Position numbers and translations under genes: made by a program. This document shows positions 62,792-64,000 of a DNA stretch of 64,000 nucleotides, piece by piece. The stretch spans positions 57,040,001 through 57,104,000 of the forward strand of contig CM060733.1 of assembly GCA_030704615.1 (NCBI GenBank), read 5' to 3'. A model generated the notes under the pieces. The model did not search any database and was not told the origin of the DNA. It saw only the letters and a list, made by a program, of their open reading frames with translations. The stretch is from Takakia lepidozioides (taxonomy: Eukaryota; Plantae; Bryophyta). Each line of letters opens with the position of its first letter. Positions within the stretch are counted from its first letter, which is position 1.

Positions 62792-64000
62792 GTGACGAGC
62801 CCTGGTCGTGCGTGCCAGGGTGACGACATACTAGCCTAGGGGGTCGTGGCAAGTTGCGGTGTAGGTTGGGTTCAACGAACCGCCTACCCGGCTGCGGTAA
62901 GTGCAGGGGTCCGTGGCAGCTATGGATGGATCTAAACAGTCTAACTTCCTACCGGCAGCAAAGCTTAACAACTCCATTTCACAGGGCGATTTGCGTTTCT
63001 TAGTCCTGCGTTTTGTTTATGGGTTTTCAACGTCTTTAATCGTAAGCGCCTTCCAAGTTTTTGTTTATTACTACTTCCTACATGCCTGGACTCCCAACAC
63101 GCTTATAGCCGGGACGAACCTTCAAATCCCTTCACAAAACGAATCCCGAGCCCAGGAAGACAGGGATCATCTATCTCCCGCCCAATGCCCCCCCTAAACC
63201 CCGAGGTGGATTAGTTTCCTACCTCCTAGGAAGGGACCGGATCCGTTTTCCCAAGTCAGTCTCCCCTGCTTAGAGCGATCTAAAGTTTCAACCTCAATGG
63301 TCAGTCCATTGGGTGAATTATGACAATTCAAACCTCTAGGTAATTCCCGAGATCTAGTAATACAATGGCCGTTCCTTGGCCCAAGGCCCCCCCCAACGGT
63401 CGGGTATTTGCCTTCCAATATCCTCGGTGGCTGGGGGCGATACCTCCATTAAAACATCCGTTTTAAAGTTAAGGGGGTCCGGATAAAATCCCTTATTAAA
63501 GGCGAATTACCCTGCTGAATAATAAAGAACAAATAATTAAAACCTTCCTACAAATGCATGAAATTTGTAGAAATAGAGAATTATCGTAGGATTCTGGAGC
63601 TAACCAAATTACCCTCAAGGTACCAAGGGAATGCCCTGGGAACGCCATTTATGTCGGGAGCATTAGGGAACCGTTCTCCACTTGGGAGCGCTCCTAAATT
63701 CCTATACCAAACCAATCAATAACGCATTAGCAACTTAAACAATCATCCGGCCAGGATGAATGAAATCTGTTGCCCATTAGTTTCTCATCCGATTGCTTGC
63801 ACCTTGCTGGTGTATAAACAATGATTAAACATTCAGTAGGTCCCATGGTCCTTTCCATGCGCCTCTTCCACCTACTTCCAATATAATCTGATTAATTTAT
63901 GCAATCAACCAACCTAGAACAAATTGGGAACATGTCATCTTCTACCTTGTGAAACCCCTACCAGGGATTCTCTCCTCCCTTGTCTCTGGGCTCTCTCTCT
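62792..64000. mobile_element. Possible LTR-like non-coding segment running off the window
   Basis: Abrupt start at gtgacgagccc, resembling TG-type LTR ends, with no credible ORF. No partner in the window. Confidence 0.25.

Overview
A eukaryotic window from a non-seed land plant, probably a moss or other bryophyte. Clues: an IFT dynein-2 fragment (flagellated sperm), PLS/DYW PPR genes, a LEAFY exon with FRHAKH, and an Lhcb9-like antenna gene. It is a decayed mosaic of nested and truncated transposons: one full-length Ty1/Copia with LTRs and TSD, a second truncated Copia, Ty3/Gypsy gag and integrase pieces, a ~7 kb L1/Tx1 LINE, CACTA transposase pieces, and two Sola-like (DUF7869-type) DNA transposons with telomere-like subterminal arrays. 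Orphan host-gene fragments lie between them (LFY exon 3, LHC, pTAC7-like, TAF15-like RRM, PPRs, dynein). No clearly intact host gene was seen. The most notable signal is two different transposon-embedded DNA methyltransferase remnants. One is an intronless C5-cytosine MTase (50.6-51.7 kb), co-oriented with a Gypsy gag. The other is a spliced N4/N6 amino-methyltransferase-like C-terminus (~8.0-8.3 kb). All family calls come from motif recognition by eye, with no database searches.
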